A stretch of 64,000 bases of DNA, taken from the NCBI GenBank assembly GCA_963747235.1, contig CAVVEU010000008.1, positions 1 through 64,000 on the forward strand, written 5' to 3'. The translations under genes were made by a program, and so were the position numbers. The notes under the pieces were generated by a model. It was not told where the DNA came from. It made no database searches and saw only the letters and a program-made list of their open reading frames with translations. This document shows, in pieces, positions 11,570 through 23,626 of this stretch. Position 1 is the stretch's first letter. Each line of letters begins with the position of its first letter. Origin of the DNA: an uncultured Candidatus Rokubacteria bacterium (GTDB taxonomy: Bacteria > Methylomirabilota > Methylomirabilia > Rokubacteriales > CSP1-6).

Positions 11570-12909
11570 ATGACGGACTACCTCGATCGCCTCGCGGCGT
11601 TCGTCGAGGCGGTGGACGTCGAGCGCCTGACCGACGCGGCGCCGCGGGCCGCGCGGCTCGTGCTGCTCGACACGATCGGCGCGATGGTGGCGGGCAGCGC
11701 GATGCCGGAGAACCGCCGCCTCGCCGGCGCGATGCACGAGCGGCGCTCGCGCGCCACCGCCACGCTGCTGGGCCACGCCGGGCAAGGCGGACCCGCTGCT
11801 CGCGACCTTCGTGAACGCGACCGCGGGGGTGGCGCTCGAGGTGGACGAGGGGAGCCGGCTCGGCGGCGGGCACCCGGCCATCCACGTGGTCCCGGGCGCG
11901 CTCGCGGTGGCGGAGGACATCGGCGCCGACGGGGGCCGGCTGCTCGAGAGCATCATCGCCGGCTACGAGGTCTGCTCGCGCCTCGGCGGCGCGACGACGC
12001 CGAAGCCGAACGTCCATTCGCACGGCACGTGGGGCACCATCGGCACCGCGGTGGCGGTGGCCAAGCTGGCCGGCCTCGACGCGGCGGGCGTGCGGTCGGT
12101 GATCAATCTTGCCGCGAGCATGAGCCCGGCCAATACCTGGACCACCGCGCTCGAGGGGGTGACGATCCGCAACGCCTACCCCGGGCGCTCCGGGCTCGAA
12201 GGCATTCTCGCGGTGGATCTCCATCGCGCGGGATTCACCGGGCTGGCCGACGCGCCGAGCGACGTCTACGGCACGATCCTGGCCGACCGCTTCGAGCCCG
12301 AGCGCGCGCTGGACGGCCTCGGCGGGCCGCTGCGCATCGAGCAGAACTACTTCAAGCTCTACGCCTGCTGCCGCTACAACCACTTCGCGCTCGACGCGCT
12401 GCTCGCGATGGCGAAGGCGGAGCGGCTCGAGGCCGCCCAGGTCGAGCGCGTGGTCGTGACCACGATCCCGTTCGGCCCGCGCATGGCCGAGCCCGCGCCC
12501 ACGTCCATGCTGGGCGCGAAGTTCTCGATCCCGTACGCGGTGGCGGCGGCGCTCGTGCTGGGCCGCGCCGATGTCTCGGCGTTCGTCGAGCCCGCGCTGT
12601 CGGATCCGCGCATCCGGTCACTGGCCGCGCGGGTGCGAGGTGCGCGTCGACCCGAAGATGTCGCCGCGCGGGGCCGACTACCCGACCGCGCTGGTCGAGG
12701 TCGTGTTGAAGGACGGGCGCACGCTGACCGACGCCACCACCGTGGTGCGCGGGGACTTCGCGGATCCGGTTCCGGCCGCGGAGGTCGTGGAGAAGTTCGT
12801 CGCGCTGGCGTCGGGTGTGCTCGGCTCGGAGCGGGCTCGCGCCGTCGTCGAGATCGTGGATCAGGTGGAGACGCTGAAGGACGTGCGGGATCTGACCGCG
12901 CTGCTGTAG
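11570..12909 (+). CDS. MmgE/PrpD family protein; frameshifts near 11785 and 12640
   Basis: LLDTIGAMVAG, NATAGVALEVDEG, GGHP, GYEV, KLYACCRYNH, AKFSIPYAVA and RGD..DP motifs. Confidence 0.88.
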
Positions 12910-12910
12910 G

Positions 12911-12933
12911 CCTCTCCCCAGAGGGGAGCGGGG
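12911..12933 (-). repeat. REP-like hairpin (reverse-orientation copy of the 42345 element)
   Basis: CCTCTCCCC-AGA-GGGGAGCGG between convergent genes. The reverse complement CCGCTCCCCTCTGGGGAGAGG matches CCCTCTCCCCTCTGGGGAGAGGG at 42345. Confidence 0.7.
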
Positions 12934-13776
12934 TCAGTAGTCCTTGGGGTCGAGGAGGTCGCGGAGGCCGTCGCCCGCGAGGTTGAACGAGAGCGTGAGC
13001 GAGAAGATGGCGAGGCCCGGCCACCACGACATCCACGGGGCCGTCTCCAGGTACTGCTGGGCGGTGGCGAGCATCGTGCCCCAGCTCGGGGTCGGCGGCT
13101 GCACGCCCAGGCCCAGGAACGACAGGATGGCCTCGGCGATGATGGCGGCCGGGATCGACACGGTGGCCTGCACCAGCAGCGCGCTCGCGATGTTGGGCAG
13201 GACGTGGCGCAGGATCGTGCGCAGGCCGCCCGCGCCGAGGGCCCGCGCCGCCTGCACGTAGTCCTCCTCCTGCGTCGAGAGCACGAGCCCGCGCGTGAGC
13301 CGGATGTAGGTCGGCGTGGCCGCGAGCCCGATGGCCACCGTGGCGTTGGTGAGCGAGGCGCCCATGATGGTCACGAGGCCGATGGCCAGGATGAGGAACG
13401 GGAAGGCCAGCCACGCGTCGGTCAGGCGCATGATGAGCTGGTCGAGCGCGCCGCGCTGGGACCCGGCCACGAGGCCGGCGGGCACGCCGATCGCGATCGC
13501 GAGCAGGATCGAGAAGACGCCGGCCTGCATGGAGACGCGCGTGCCCCAGACCACGCGCGAGAAGGTGTCGCGTCCGAGGTCGTCGGTGCCGAACGGGTTG
13601 GCCGCGGTGGGCGCCTTGCGGATCTTGCCGTAGTCGGAGCGCTGCGGATCGGCGGTCGCGATCCACGGCGCGCCCACCGCGAGCACCACGAAGAAGAGCA
13701 CGACCACCGCGCCCACCACCGCGGGCGGCCTCCGCCACAGCCGCCGCCAGAGGCGCCCGCGCGAGCTACCCGCCAC
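12934..13776 (-). CDS. Peptide/nickel ABC transporter permease (DppC/OppC)
   Basis: PFGTDDLGRD, AARALGA, RHVLPN, LSFLGLG and PSWG motifs. Confidence 0.93.
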   Translation of the reverse strand: MAGSSRGRLWRRLWRRPPAVVGAVVVLFFVVLAVGAPWIATADPQRSDYGKIRKAPTAANPFGTDDLGRDTFSRVVWGTRVSMQAGVFSILLAIAIGVPAGLVAGSQRGALDQLIMRLTDAWLAFPFLILAIGLVTIMGASLTNATVAIGLAATPTYIRLTRGLVLSTQEEDYVQAARALGAGGLRTILRHVLPNIASALLVQATVSIPAAIIAEAILSFLGLGVQPPTPSWGTMLATAQQYLETAPWMSWWPGLAIFSLTLSFNLAGDGLRDLLDPKDY

Positions 13777-14728
13777 CGGCCGCGCCTCCGATGCGGATCC
13801 GCGGGTTCAGCAGGGAGTAGGAGAGATCCACCAGCAGGTTGATGAAGACGTAGGCCGAGGCGGTGATCAGCACCACGCCCTGCACGAGCGGATAGTCGCG
13901 GGTGAACACCGCCTCCACGATGAGCCGCCCGAAGCCGGGCACCACGAAGATCTGCTCGGTGACGACCGCGCCGCCCATGAGGGCGCCGGTCTGCAGCCCC
14001 AGGATCGTGACCACCGGGATCAGCCCGTTGCGGAAGGCGTGGCGGAAGATGACCGCGCGGCCGGCCAGCCCCTTGCTCCACGCGGTGCGGATGTAGTCCG
14101 CGCTCAGGATCTCGATCATGCTGTTGCGCGTCTGGCGCATCAGCACCGCGGCGAGCCCGGCGCCCAGCACGAACGCGGGCATGATCATGCGCTGGAGGTT
14201 GCCCAGGGGGCTCTCCCAGAGCGGCACGAAGCCGGAGGCGGGCAGCCAGTGCAGGCGCACGGAGAGGAACAGGATCAGCATGATGCCGAGCCAGAAGCTC
14301 GGCACCGAGAGGCCGCAGAGCGAGACCGCGTTGGCCAGCAGATCCCACACCGTGTTGCGGCGGGCGGCCGAGAAGACCCCGGCGGGAATGGCGATGGTCA
14401 GCGCGATCAGCAGGGACAGGCCGGCCAGCTCGATCGTGATCGGCAGCTTGCGCGCGACGGTCCACACCACCGACTCGCGCGTGCGGATGGACTCCCCGAG
14501 ATCACCCCGGAGGGCCAGGCCGATCCAGCGCAGGTACTGGAGCGGGATCGGATCGTCGAGCCCGTACTTCTGGCGGATCTCGGCGAGCCCGGCCGCGTCG
14601 GCGTCGGTGCCGCCCATGACGCGGGCCGGGTCGCCGGGAATCATCCGCACCCCGGTGAAGACGATCAGGCTGATCACGAACAGGGTCACGATCGAGATCG
14701 CGACCCGCCGGATCAGGAACTCGGCCAC
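13766..14728 (-). CDS. Peptide/nickel ABC transporter permease (DppB/OppB)
   Basis: PGDPA, GLDDP, GDLGES, DYIRTA, HAFRN and RDYPLVQG motifs. Confidence 0.93.
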   Translation of the reverse strand: MAEFLIRRVAISIVTLFVISLIVFTGVRMIPGDPARVMGGTDADAAGLAEIRQKYGLDDPIPLQYLRWIGLALRGDLGESIRTRESVVWTVARKLPITIELAGLSLLIALTIAIPAGVFSAARRNTVWDLLANAVSLCGLSVPSFWLGIMLILFLSVRLHWLPASGFVPLWESPLGNLQRMIMPAFVLGAGLAAVLMRQTRNSMIEILSADYIRTAWSKGLAGRAVIFRHAFRNGLIPVVTILGLQTGALMGGAVVTEQIFVVPGFGRLIVEAVFTRDYPLVQGVVLITASAYVFINLLVDLSYSLLNPRIRIGGAAGGG

Positions 14729-14737
14729 CGGGGTGCG

Positions 14738-16290
14738 CTAGTTCCAGGACGCTCCCTTGATGCGGATCAGCCCGTCCGGCACCGCCTTGTAGCCCTTGAG
14801 GTTCTTCGGGATACGCGACGATGTAGTTCGCGTGGTAGAGGTAGATGATGTTGCGACGCGCGTTGATCCGGTCGATCGCCTCGCGGTAGAGCTTCGCCCG
14901 CTCCCCCTGATCGCTGACCTCGCGCGCCTTGTTCAGCAGGGCGTCGACGGTCTCGTCGCAGACGTGCGTCGTGTTCAGGCTGCCGCCGCAGGTGTGGAAC
15001 TGGTGCATGTTGCCGTCCGGATCCACCCGGCCGCTCCAGCCGATGGCGAAGGCCTGGAGCTTGCCGTTGTCGTCGTCGGTGAGGGCGGAGGCGAACTCCG
15101 ACGGGCGCAGGGAGATGTTGAAGCCCGCCTCGCGGGCCATGCCCTGGATCACCTCGCCGACGCGGCGCGCCTGCGGGTCGTTCACGATCGTGAGCTCGAA
15201 GCTGTAGCCGCCGGCGAGGCCCGCCGCGGCGAGGAGCTGCTTCGCCTTGGCCACGTCGCGCCCCGGGCACTTGCGGCCCTTGTCGTGGAAGGGGCTCACC
15301 GGGGAGATCGGCGTGCAGCCCGGCGTGTACTGGCCGTCCCACGCCACCTGGTTGAGGGCGTCGCGGTCGATGCTCAGGTCGAAGGCCTCGCGCACCCGGG
15401 GGTCGTTGGCCAGCGGCGTGCCCAGATCGCCGGCGGGCTGGGTCTTGCCGGTCTTGTTGCGCTGGTTGATGGTGATGCCGGAGTAGGCGATCCCGGTGAC
15501 GCTCGAGACGTCGAAGCGCCCCTCCTTCTTCAGGTTCACCGAGTCGGTGGGCGCCACCTGGTGCATGAAGTCGATGTCGCCCGAGCGCAGGTTGGCCACG
15601 CGCACGTTGTCGTCGGGGATGATGCGGAACACGAGCCGATCGAAGCGCGCCTGGCCGGGATCGAAGTAGTGGGTGGACTTCTCCAGCACGATGCGGTCCT
15701 GCGGCACGCGCTCCACGAAGGACCACGGCCCCACGCACACCGGCGCGGTCGCGAACTTGTCGCCCGAGCTTGTTGACCGCGGCGGGCGAGACCGGCATGC
15801 CGGACCGGTCGGCCAGGGTGGCCACCAGCGGGGCGAAGGCGCTCTTGAGCCGGAGCCGGACGGTGAGCGGGTCCACCACCTCGACCGCGGTGACCGGCTC
15901 GAGCTCGCTGCGCCGGTTGGAGCCCTTCATCTCGCGGTGCCGGTCGAGGGAGAACTTGACCGCCTCCGCGGTCATCGCGGTGCCGTCGTTGAACTTCACC
16001 CCGCTGCGGAGCTTGATGGTGACCGTCTTGCCCGCGTCCGAGACGGTGGGCAGCGCGGCGGCGAGCTGGGGCGAGATGCGGAGGGTCTCGTCGATCTCGT
16101 AGAGCTTCTCGCACATGTGCGCGAAGATGATGCGGCCGACGTAGGTCCGCGACAGGGTCGGGTCCAGGAGGTCCGGATCCTGGTTCAGGGCGACGACCAG
16201 CGTCTTCTTCTGGGCCGCGGCCGGGGCCGCCGAGACGAGCAGGCCGGCCAGCGCGAGCATGAGCCACGAGACAGTCCGCATCCTCAGCAT
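14738..16290 (-). CDS. Family 5 ABC substrate-binding protein (DppA-like); frameshifts near 15765 and 14810
   Basis: Signal peptide, LDP, KLRSGVKFNDGT, GPWSF, LRSGDID, DPRVREA and GRVDPDG; joined from ORFs 14767..16290 and 14502..15740. Confidence 0.9.
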
Positions 16291-16347
16291 GTGTTCTCCT
16301 CTCTGGGTGCCAGTACCGTGGGGCGCGGATCATAGTATCCTCCCGGC

Positions 16348-16500
16348 ATGAGCGAGACCACGAACAAGTTCCAGCAGGCCGAGCTGGCCGACCTCCTCGG
16401 TCTGATCGAGCGGCTCGCCGGCGAGCTCTCCCTGGCCGAGGAGCCCGCGCGCTTCATCGCCGCCCTCGAGCAGGCGGAGCCGCCCGGAGCCGCGACCTGA
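16348..16500 (+). CDS. Small acidic helical protein preceding an amidase (AtzG/GatC-like partner?)
   Basis: Manual translation MSETTNKFQQAELADLLGLIERLAGELSLAEEPARFIAALEQAEPPGAAT*; normal codon usage; EEPA resembles the EPA motif of amidase partner proteins. Confidence 0.55.
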   Translation: MSETTNKFQQAELADLLGLIERLAGELSLAEEPARFIAALEQAEPPGAAT

Positions 16501-17900
16501 CCGACTTCCCGACCATCGCCGCGCTCGCGGCCGCGATCCGCGCCGGGAAGATCTCCCCGGTCGAGGCCACGCGCGAGTGCCTGGCGCGCATCGAGCGGCT
16601 CGACGGCCGGCTGCGCGCCTTCATCACGGTGGACGCCGAGGGGGCGCTCGCCGCCGCCCGGCGCCGGGAGACGATGGGGCGCGGCGAGGCCCGTGGCCCG
16701 CTCCACGGCGTGCCGCTCGCGTTCAAGGATCTCTGCTTCATCCGGGGGCTGCCCACCTCCTGCGGCACGCGGACCGCCGAGTACTTCACCGCCGAGCACG
16801 ACTGCACCGCGGTGGCCCGCCTCGTCGGCGCGGGCGCCGTCACCCTGGGCAAGCTCAACATGACCGAGCTGGCCATGGGGGCGCTCGGCGACAACCCGCA
16901 TCACGGCCACGCCCGCAATCCCTGGGACCCCGAGCACTGCACGGGCGGCTCGTCGAGCGGGTCGGGCGTGGCGGTGGCCGCGGGGCTCGCGCGGGGCGCG
17001 ATCGGCACCGATACCGGCGGATCCATCCGGCTGCCCGCGGCGGCCTGCGGCATCACCGGGCTCAAGCCGACCTATGGCCGGGTGAGCCGCGCGGGCGGCA
17101 TGGCGCTGTCCTGGTCGAACGATCACCTGGGGCCCATGGCGCGCACCGCGCAAGACTGCGCGCTCATGCTGCAGGCGATGGCGGGCGCGGATCCGCTCGA
17201 CGCGACCGCGAGCGCGCGGCCGGTGCCCGACTATCTCGCGGATCTCGACGCGCCCGTCGCCGGCCTGCGGGTCGGCGTTCCCGAGAACTTCTTCTTCCAG
17301 GGGATCGACGCGGAGATGGAGGCGGGCGTGCGGGCCGCGATCGCCACGCTCGCCTCGCTCGGGGCGCGGGTCACCGAGCTGCGCCTGCCCGATCCGCAGG
17401 TGACGAACGACGTGACGAGCATCATCTCGCGCAGCGAGTCGGCCGCGCTCCACGCGGGCCTGCTCCGGGAGAAGCCGCAGGAGCTGGGCGCCTTCACCCG
17501 CGCCCGGCTCGAGCTGGGGCTGCGCGTGCCCGCCTACGACTACCTGCAGGCGCTGCGTCTGCGCGCGCGCCTGGCCCGCGCGTTCTCGCGCGAGATCTGG
17601 ACCGAGGTGGACGTGCTGGCCGCGCCGGTCATCCCGGAGCCGGCGCCGCCGCTCAGCGCCGCGCTCGAGGGCACGCTCCCGGAGATCATCGTGCGCCAGG
17701 GGCGCTTCTCGCGGTTCACGCGCCCCTTCAACGGCCTCGGCCTGCCCGCGCTGAGCCTGCCCTGCGGCTTCTCGCGCGCCGGCCTCCCGCTGGCCTTCCA
17801 GCTCGTGGGCCGCCCGTTCGACGAGGCCACCGTCCTGCGCCTCGGCCACGCGTACCAGCAGGCCACCGACTGGCACACGCGCCGGCCCGCGCTGCCCTGA
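16490..17900 (+). CDS. Amidase signature family enzyme (GatA/AtzE-like); start approximate
   Basis: GPLHGVPLAFKD, GKLNMTE, GGSSSGS, GTDTGGSIR and GLKPTYGRVS. The frame extends upstream of 16629 (TIAALAAAIRAGKISPVE). Confidence 0.9.
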
Positions 17901-17914
17901 CGGAGGCCCGCGGG

Positions 17915-18634
17915 CTAGAGTCCGTAGAACTCGTAGAAGGTCTGCACCGGGGCGTCCACCGCGAGCGGCTGAAGGGGAAAGCACTGCTCCAGGGCGTCCA
18001 GACTCGACTGGCGCTCGAGACGCTCCAGGAGCCGACGCGTCGGCTCTTCCTTCATCACCCCATGCCGGTCCACGAATTGCCCCCAGAGCGGCATGTGCTG
18101 AAATCGCCCGGCGGCCACGCGCGCGGTGGCCAGGTACGAGAGCGGGAACAGCCGACGATACGCGTCGAGGTTGTAGAGCCACGAGACGCCGCGCACCTGG
18201 AGCGGCGGGCGCTCGGTTCGCTTCACATGCGCGAAGAGGGCGGCCAGCTCGGCCCGTCGCTCGCTGACGCGGTCGACGGCCAGCGGGGAGCGGTCCGCGG
18301 TCTCGGCATTCTGGAAGTGGAGACGGATCCGCTCACGGGTCGGCCGCGCGTAGGCGAAGCAGCCGAAGGTCGCCACGACCGATGGCGCGGCCATGGCATC
18401 GGGTCGCCTCAGGTAGAAGGCGTACGTCCACTCGCGCGGGTCATTCGTATCCCGCAGGCCGGCCAGGTACGCCTGCCAGGTCGGATGCGCGGGATCGAAG
18501 GCATGGCCCAGGCCGAACCGGATGTAGAGATTGGTGTACTCCAGCAGCACGCGGGCCAGGGGGAGTCCCGAGAGGATCGTGACCTTGTCGGCGAACTGAA
18601 GCTGGAGATCGAAGAACGCCTTCGGGTAGATCAC
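17915..18634 (-). CDS. Hypothetical protein (239 aa)
   Basis: Aromatic-rich, globular-looking ORF (FFDLQLQFA, YTNLYIRFG, GVSWLYNLDAYRRLFP, LWGQF); overlaps nothing credible. Confidence 0.7.
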   Translation of the reverse strand: MIYPKAFFDLQLQFADKVTILSGLPLARVLLEYTNLYIRFGLGHAFDPAHPTWQAYLAGLRDTNDPREWTYAFYLRRPDAMAAPSVVATFGCFAYARPTRERIRLHFQNAETADRSPLAVDRVSERRAELAALFAHVKRTERPPLQVRGVSWLYNLDAYRRLFPLSYLATARVAAGRFQHMPLWGQFVDRHGVMKEEPTRRLLERLERQSSLDALEQCFPLQPLAVDAPVQTFYEFYGL

Positions 18635-18662
18635 GCCTCGACCGGACGGACCGGGCGCGCGC

Positions 18663-19343
18663 CTACTTCCCGAACACGAGCTGCAGGCGGTAGAACCCGA
18701 GGGTGACGTCGTCGGTCGCGCCGCGACGGGCGAGGGCCTCGGCGCCGAGCAGGTCCCGGCAGGTGGCCTCGATCGCGGCGGGGTCGATGCCCTCGACGAG
18801 CACGACCCAGCGCACCAGCGCGTCGGGCGTCGCGAGCAGCTTCTTCTCGTCGCTCTTGGCGGCGGTGCTCACGCCGGCGTCGCCCTCCAGCAGGTGGCCG
18901 GCCACGACGCCCGGATGCTGGGCGGCGACGGGGAGCGCGGTGCCGGTGAGCCACGACCGCAGCTCGTCCTCGTGCCCGGCCCGCGGCCCGAGCTCGAGCG
19001 TCGCGATCACGCCGCCCAGGCCCGAGCCCGCGCTCGCCACGAGGCGACAGGCGGTGCGCTTGTTGTTGCGCACCAGCGGCAGCGTCTTCTTCGTCCACGG
19101 CGTCGGGTCGCCCAGGCGGGCCAGGTAGGCCGGGCTCTGCAGCGTGTCGAGCGACTCGGTCTCGTAGAAGTAGAAGTACCTCGGCGGCTCGCCCAGGGTG
19201 ACGTAGCGCCGGCAGCGGAGGAAGCCCGGCACCGCCACGCGCTCCGGGATGTGCTCGCGCAGGTGCCACTGGTCGAACTCGGCTTCACCGCCCGGCGCCA
19301 CGTCGTGCCAGAACGCCAGGACTCCCTTGCCCGCGATGGTCAT
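18663..19343 (-). CDS. Dimeric alpha-beta barrel protein (EthD/DUF4286-like)
   Basis: FDQWHLREHIPERVAVPGFLRCRRY and SPAYLARL.DPTPW motifs. Confidence 0.7.
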   Translation of the reverse strand: MTIAGKGVLAFWHDVAPGGEAEFDQWHLREHIPERVAVPGFLRCRRYVTLGEPPRYFYFYETESLDTLQSPAYLARLGDPTPWTKKTLPLVRNNKRTACRLVASAGSGLGGVIATLELGPRAGHEDELRSWLTGTALPVAAQHPGVVAGHLLEGDAGVSTAAKSDEKKLLATPDALVRWVVLVEGIDPAAIEATCRDLLGAEALARRGATDDVTLGFYRLQLVFGK

Positions 19344-19417
19344 GGCGCCGACGGTAACGGCCCCGAGGGCCTCGCGTCAAGGGTCCCGCGCGGCCGCAGT
19401 GCGCTAAACTGGGCGGC

Positions 19418-20876
19418 ATGCCCGATCCCGTCATGCCGGAGCCCGTGGAGACCGCGCCGCGCGGCCGCGCCCGCGCGCGGCGCGGTCCTGCGCAGCCTCT
19501 TCGGGAGCGTGCGCCTGGCCTACCTGCCGGTGCTCGTCACCTACTTCTGCTACGGGGCGAGCGGGATCACCAGCATCGCGCTGCTCTACTTCCAGAAGGA
19601 CACGCTCGGCATCACGCCCGCCGAGGCCGCGGCCATCGCCTTCTGGGTCGCCCTGCCGTGGAGCACCAAGATGGTGGCCGGCGTGGCCTCCGACGTGCAC
19701 CCGATCTTCGGCCGCCGCCGGGTCTCCTACCTGCTGCTCGGCGCCCTGCTGGCCTTCGCGGGCTACGGGTGGCTGGCCACCACCGCCTCGACCAAGGCCA
19801 CCTACCTGGCCGCGATGGTGATCATCGCGGTGGGCTTCATGGTCCAGGACGTGGTGGCGGACGCGCTCAGCGTGGAGCTCGCCCGGAACGACGAGGAAGT
19901 GAAGCAGATCCAGACGCTCGGCCGCATGGCCCTGCTCGCGGGCACGATCAGCGTGGGTTACCTGAGCGGCTGGCTCGCGGGCGCCCTCGGCCCGCGCCTC
20001 GTCTTCGCGATCGCCCTGGTGTTGCCGGCGCTGGTGATGGTGGCGGCCTCGCTGATCCCGCGCGAGACCGCCCGCACGGTGGCGCCCGGGGAAGACGCCA
20101 ATCCCCTGGGCGCGGGCAAGTCGCGCCTCGTGGTGCTGGTGGGGCTCGGCTACGCGGCGCTCGGCGTCGCGCTGGAGGCGCTGTCGGTGCCGTTCGGCCA
20201 GGAGATCATCCTGGTCGTCTCGGGCGTCCTCATCGTGATGCTGCTCCAGCGCGTCGGGATCTCCCGCGCGGTGGCGATCGCCGCCTTCGCCATCTTCTGC
20301 TTCCGGGCCGTCCCGTCCACCGGGCAGGGGTTCAGCTACTGGGCGATCGATCACCTCGGCTTCGATCAGGAGTTCCTGGGCGTGCTCGCGCAGGTGGGCG
20401 CGGTGCTGAGCCTGGTCGGTCTCATCGTGTTCCGGAAGCCGATCACGCATCGCCCGGTCAGCTACACCCTCTTCTGGGTGACGATCGCGGGATCGGTGCT
20501 CTACCTGCCGACGATCGGGCTGTTCTACGGGGTCAACGAGTGGTTCGGGGTGAGCCCGCGCACGTTCGCGTTCATCGACACCACGATCTCGGCGCCGCTG
20601 GGCCAGCTCAGCATGGTGCCGATGCTCGCGCTCATCGCGCGCACCGCGCCGCGCGGAGCGGAGGCCACCATGTTCGCGATCATGGCCTCCCTCATGAACC
20701 TCGCGCTGTCCGCCAGCGAGCTCGGCACGCGCTACCTCAACACCGTCTTCGGTGTCACCCAGCAGGACTACTCGGGCCTGGGCCGCCTGCTCATCTGCGT
20801 GGGGGTGATCGGCCTGCTCCCGCTCCTCGCCCTGCCGCTCCTCCGGCGCGTGGAAGCGGAGCCGAGGGCGCCGTGA
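19418..20876 (+). CDS. BT1-family folate/biopterin-type MFS transporter; frameshift near 19470
   Basis: LPWSTKMVAG, SD..PIFGRRR.SY, QDVVADAL and APRGAEATMFA; many TM helices. Confidence 0.8.
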
Positions 20877-20880
20877 TAGT

Positions 20881-22190
20881 GTGTCCTCCGTCATGGCGGT
20901 GAACCCCCCCACTCGCGCGCCCTGGGCCGGGCTGTTCCAGCCGCGCGAGCGGGACGAGCGGCTGTTCGCGGTGCTCCTGGCGTTCGTGATGGTGGGCGGC
21001 CTCGCCACCCTCGGTCTCGTCCCGCTGCGCCCGCGGTACCGGGTGGATGTCTACTCACTCGTCATCTGGTTCGGCCTCTACAAGGCGGGCATCCTCGCGC
21101 TGGTCAGCGCCAACCCGCGCGGGACCCGGCGGATCTTCATCGCCGCCCTCTGCATCGATCTCGTTGCTCGTGTTTCTGCTCCTGTTCCTCACCGGCGGCG
21201 GCGACAGCCCGTTCGTCAACCTGTTCTTCCCGCTCGTGGCGGTCAACGCCTACTACTTCGGCCGCTGGGTCGGTCTGTTCCTCACGATCGTGGCCGGACT
21301 GCTCTACTGGGCCGCCGCCAGCCTGGCGCTTCCCGCCGCGACGTGGACCGCGGTGCTGATCCTCATGGCCCTGGTCGGGCTCCCCGCGTTCGCGCTCGGT
21401 CACGTGGCCGACCGCGAGCGCCGCGCGCGCTCGGAGGTGGAGCGGCTCAACGCGGAGCTCACCGGGACGCTCACCCGCCTGCGCGCCGCCCAGGAAAGCC
21501 TGGTCGAGGCCGAGCGCATGGCCACGGTGGGACGGCTGTCGCTCAAGGTCGCGCACGAGGTGCGCAACCCCATCGCGGCCATCGGGCTGAACGCGGAGCT
21601 GCTGGGCGACATGGTGCAGGGCCGGGTGAGCGAGGACGGCACCGAGGCGACCGCGCTCGTCACCGCGATCCGCGACCAGGTAGGCGCCCTCGACGCGCTC
21701 ACCGAGGAGTACCTGGCCTTCGCGCGCTTCCCGCGTCCGCAGTTCGAGGAGGACTCCGTCAACGACATGGTCAGCTCGGTCGCGGAGTTCGTGCGCCCGC
21801 TCGCCGCGCGCCAGGGGATCACGGTCAAGGTGGCGACCGATCCCACCGTGCCGCCGATGGAGATCGACCGGACGCTGCTCCGCCAGGCGGTGCTGAACCT
21901 GGTGAAGAACGGAATGGAGGCGGTCTCCCACGGCGGCAGCCTGACGCTCACCACCGCCTGCATGGGCGACACGGTGGAGATCGCGGTCTCGGACAGCGGC
22001 GCCGGCATCTCGCCCGAGGTCGGCCGGCGGCTGTTCGAGCAGTTCTTCACCACCAAGCCGCAGGGCACCGGCCTCGGTCTCTCGATCTCGCGCCAGATCG
22101 TCGAGGAGCACGGCGGCAAGATCCGCTGGCACAGCGCGCCCGGCGCGGGCGCGACCTTCACCATGACCGTGCCCGTCCAGAAGGCCGCCC

Positions 22191-22198
<8 letters not shown>
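20881..22198 (+). CDS. Membrane sensor histidine kinase; frameshift near 21165
   Basis: TM N-terminus; AHEVRNP, NLVKNG, DSGAGI and FFTTKPQGTGLGL. Confidence 0.9.

Positions 22199-23622
<1,424 letters not shown>

Positions 23623-23626
<4 letters not shown>

Noticed and set aside
12934-16290. ABC transporter lacking ATPase genes
   Set aside because: Dpp/Opp ATPases are often encoded elsewhere and shared; not unusual by itself.
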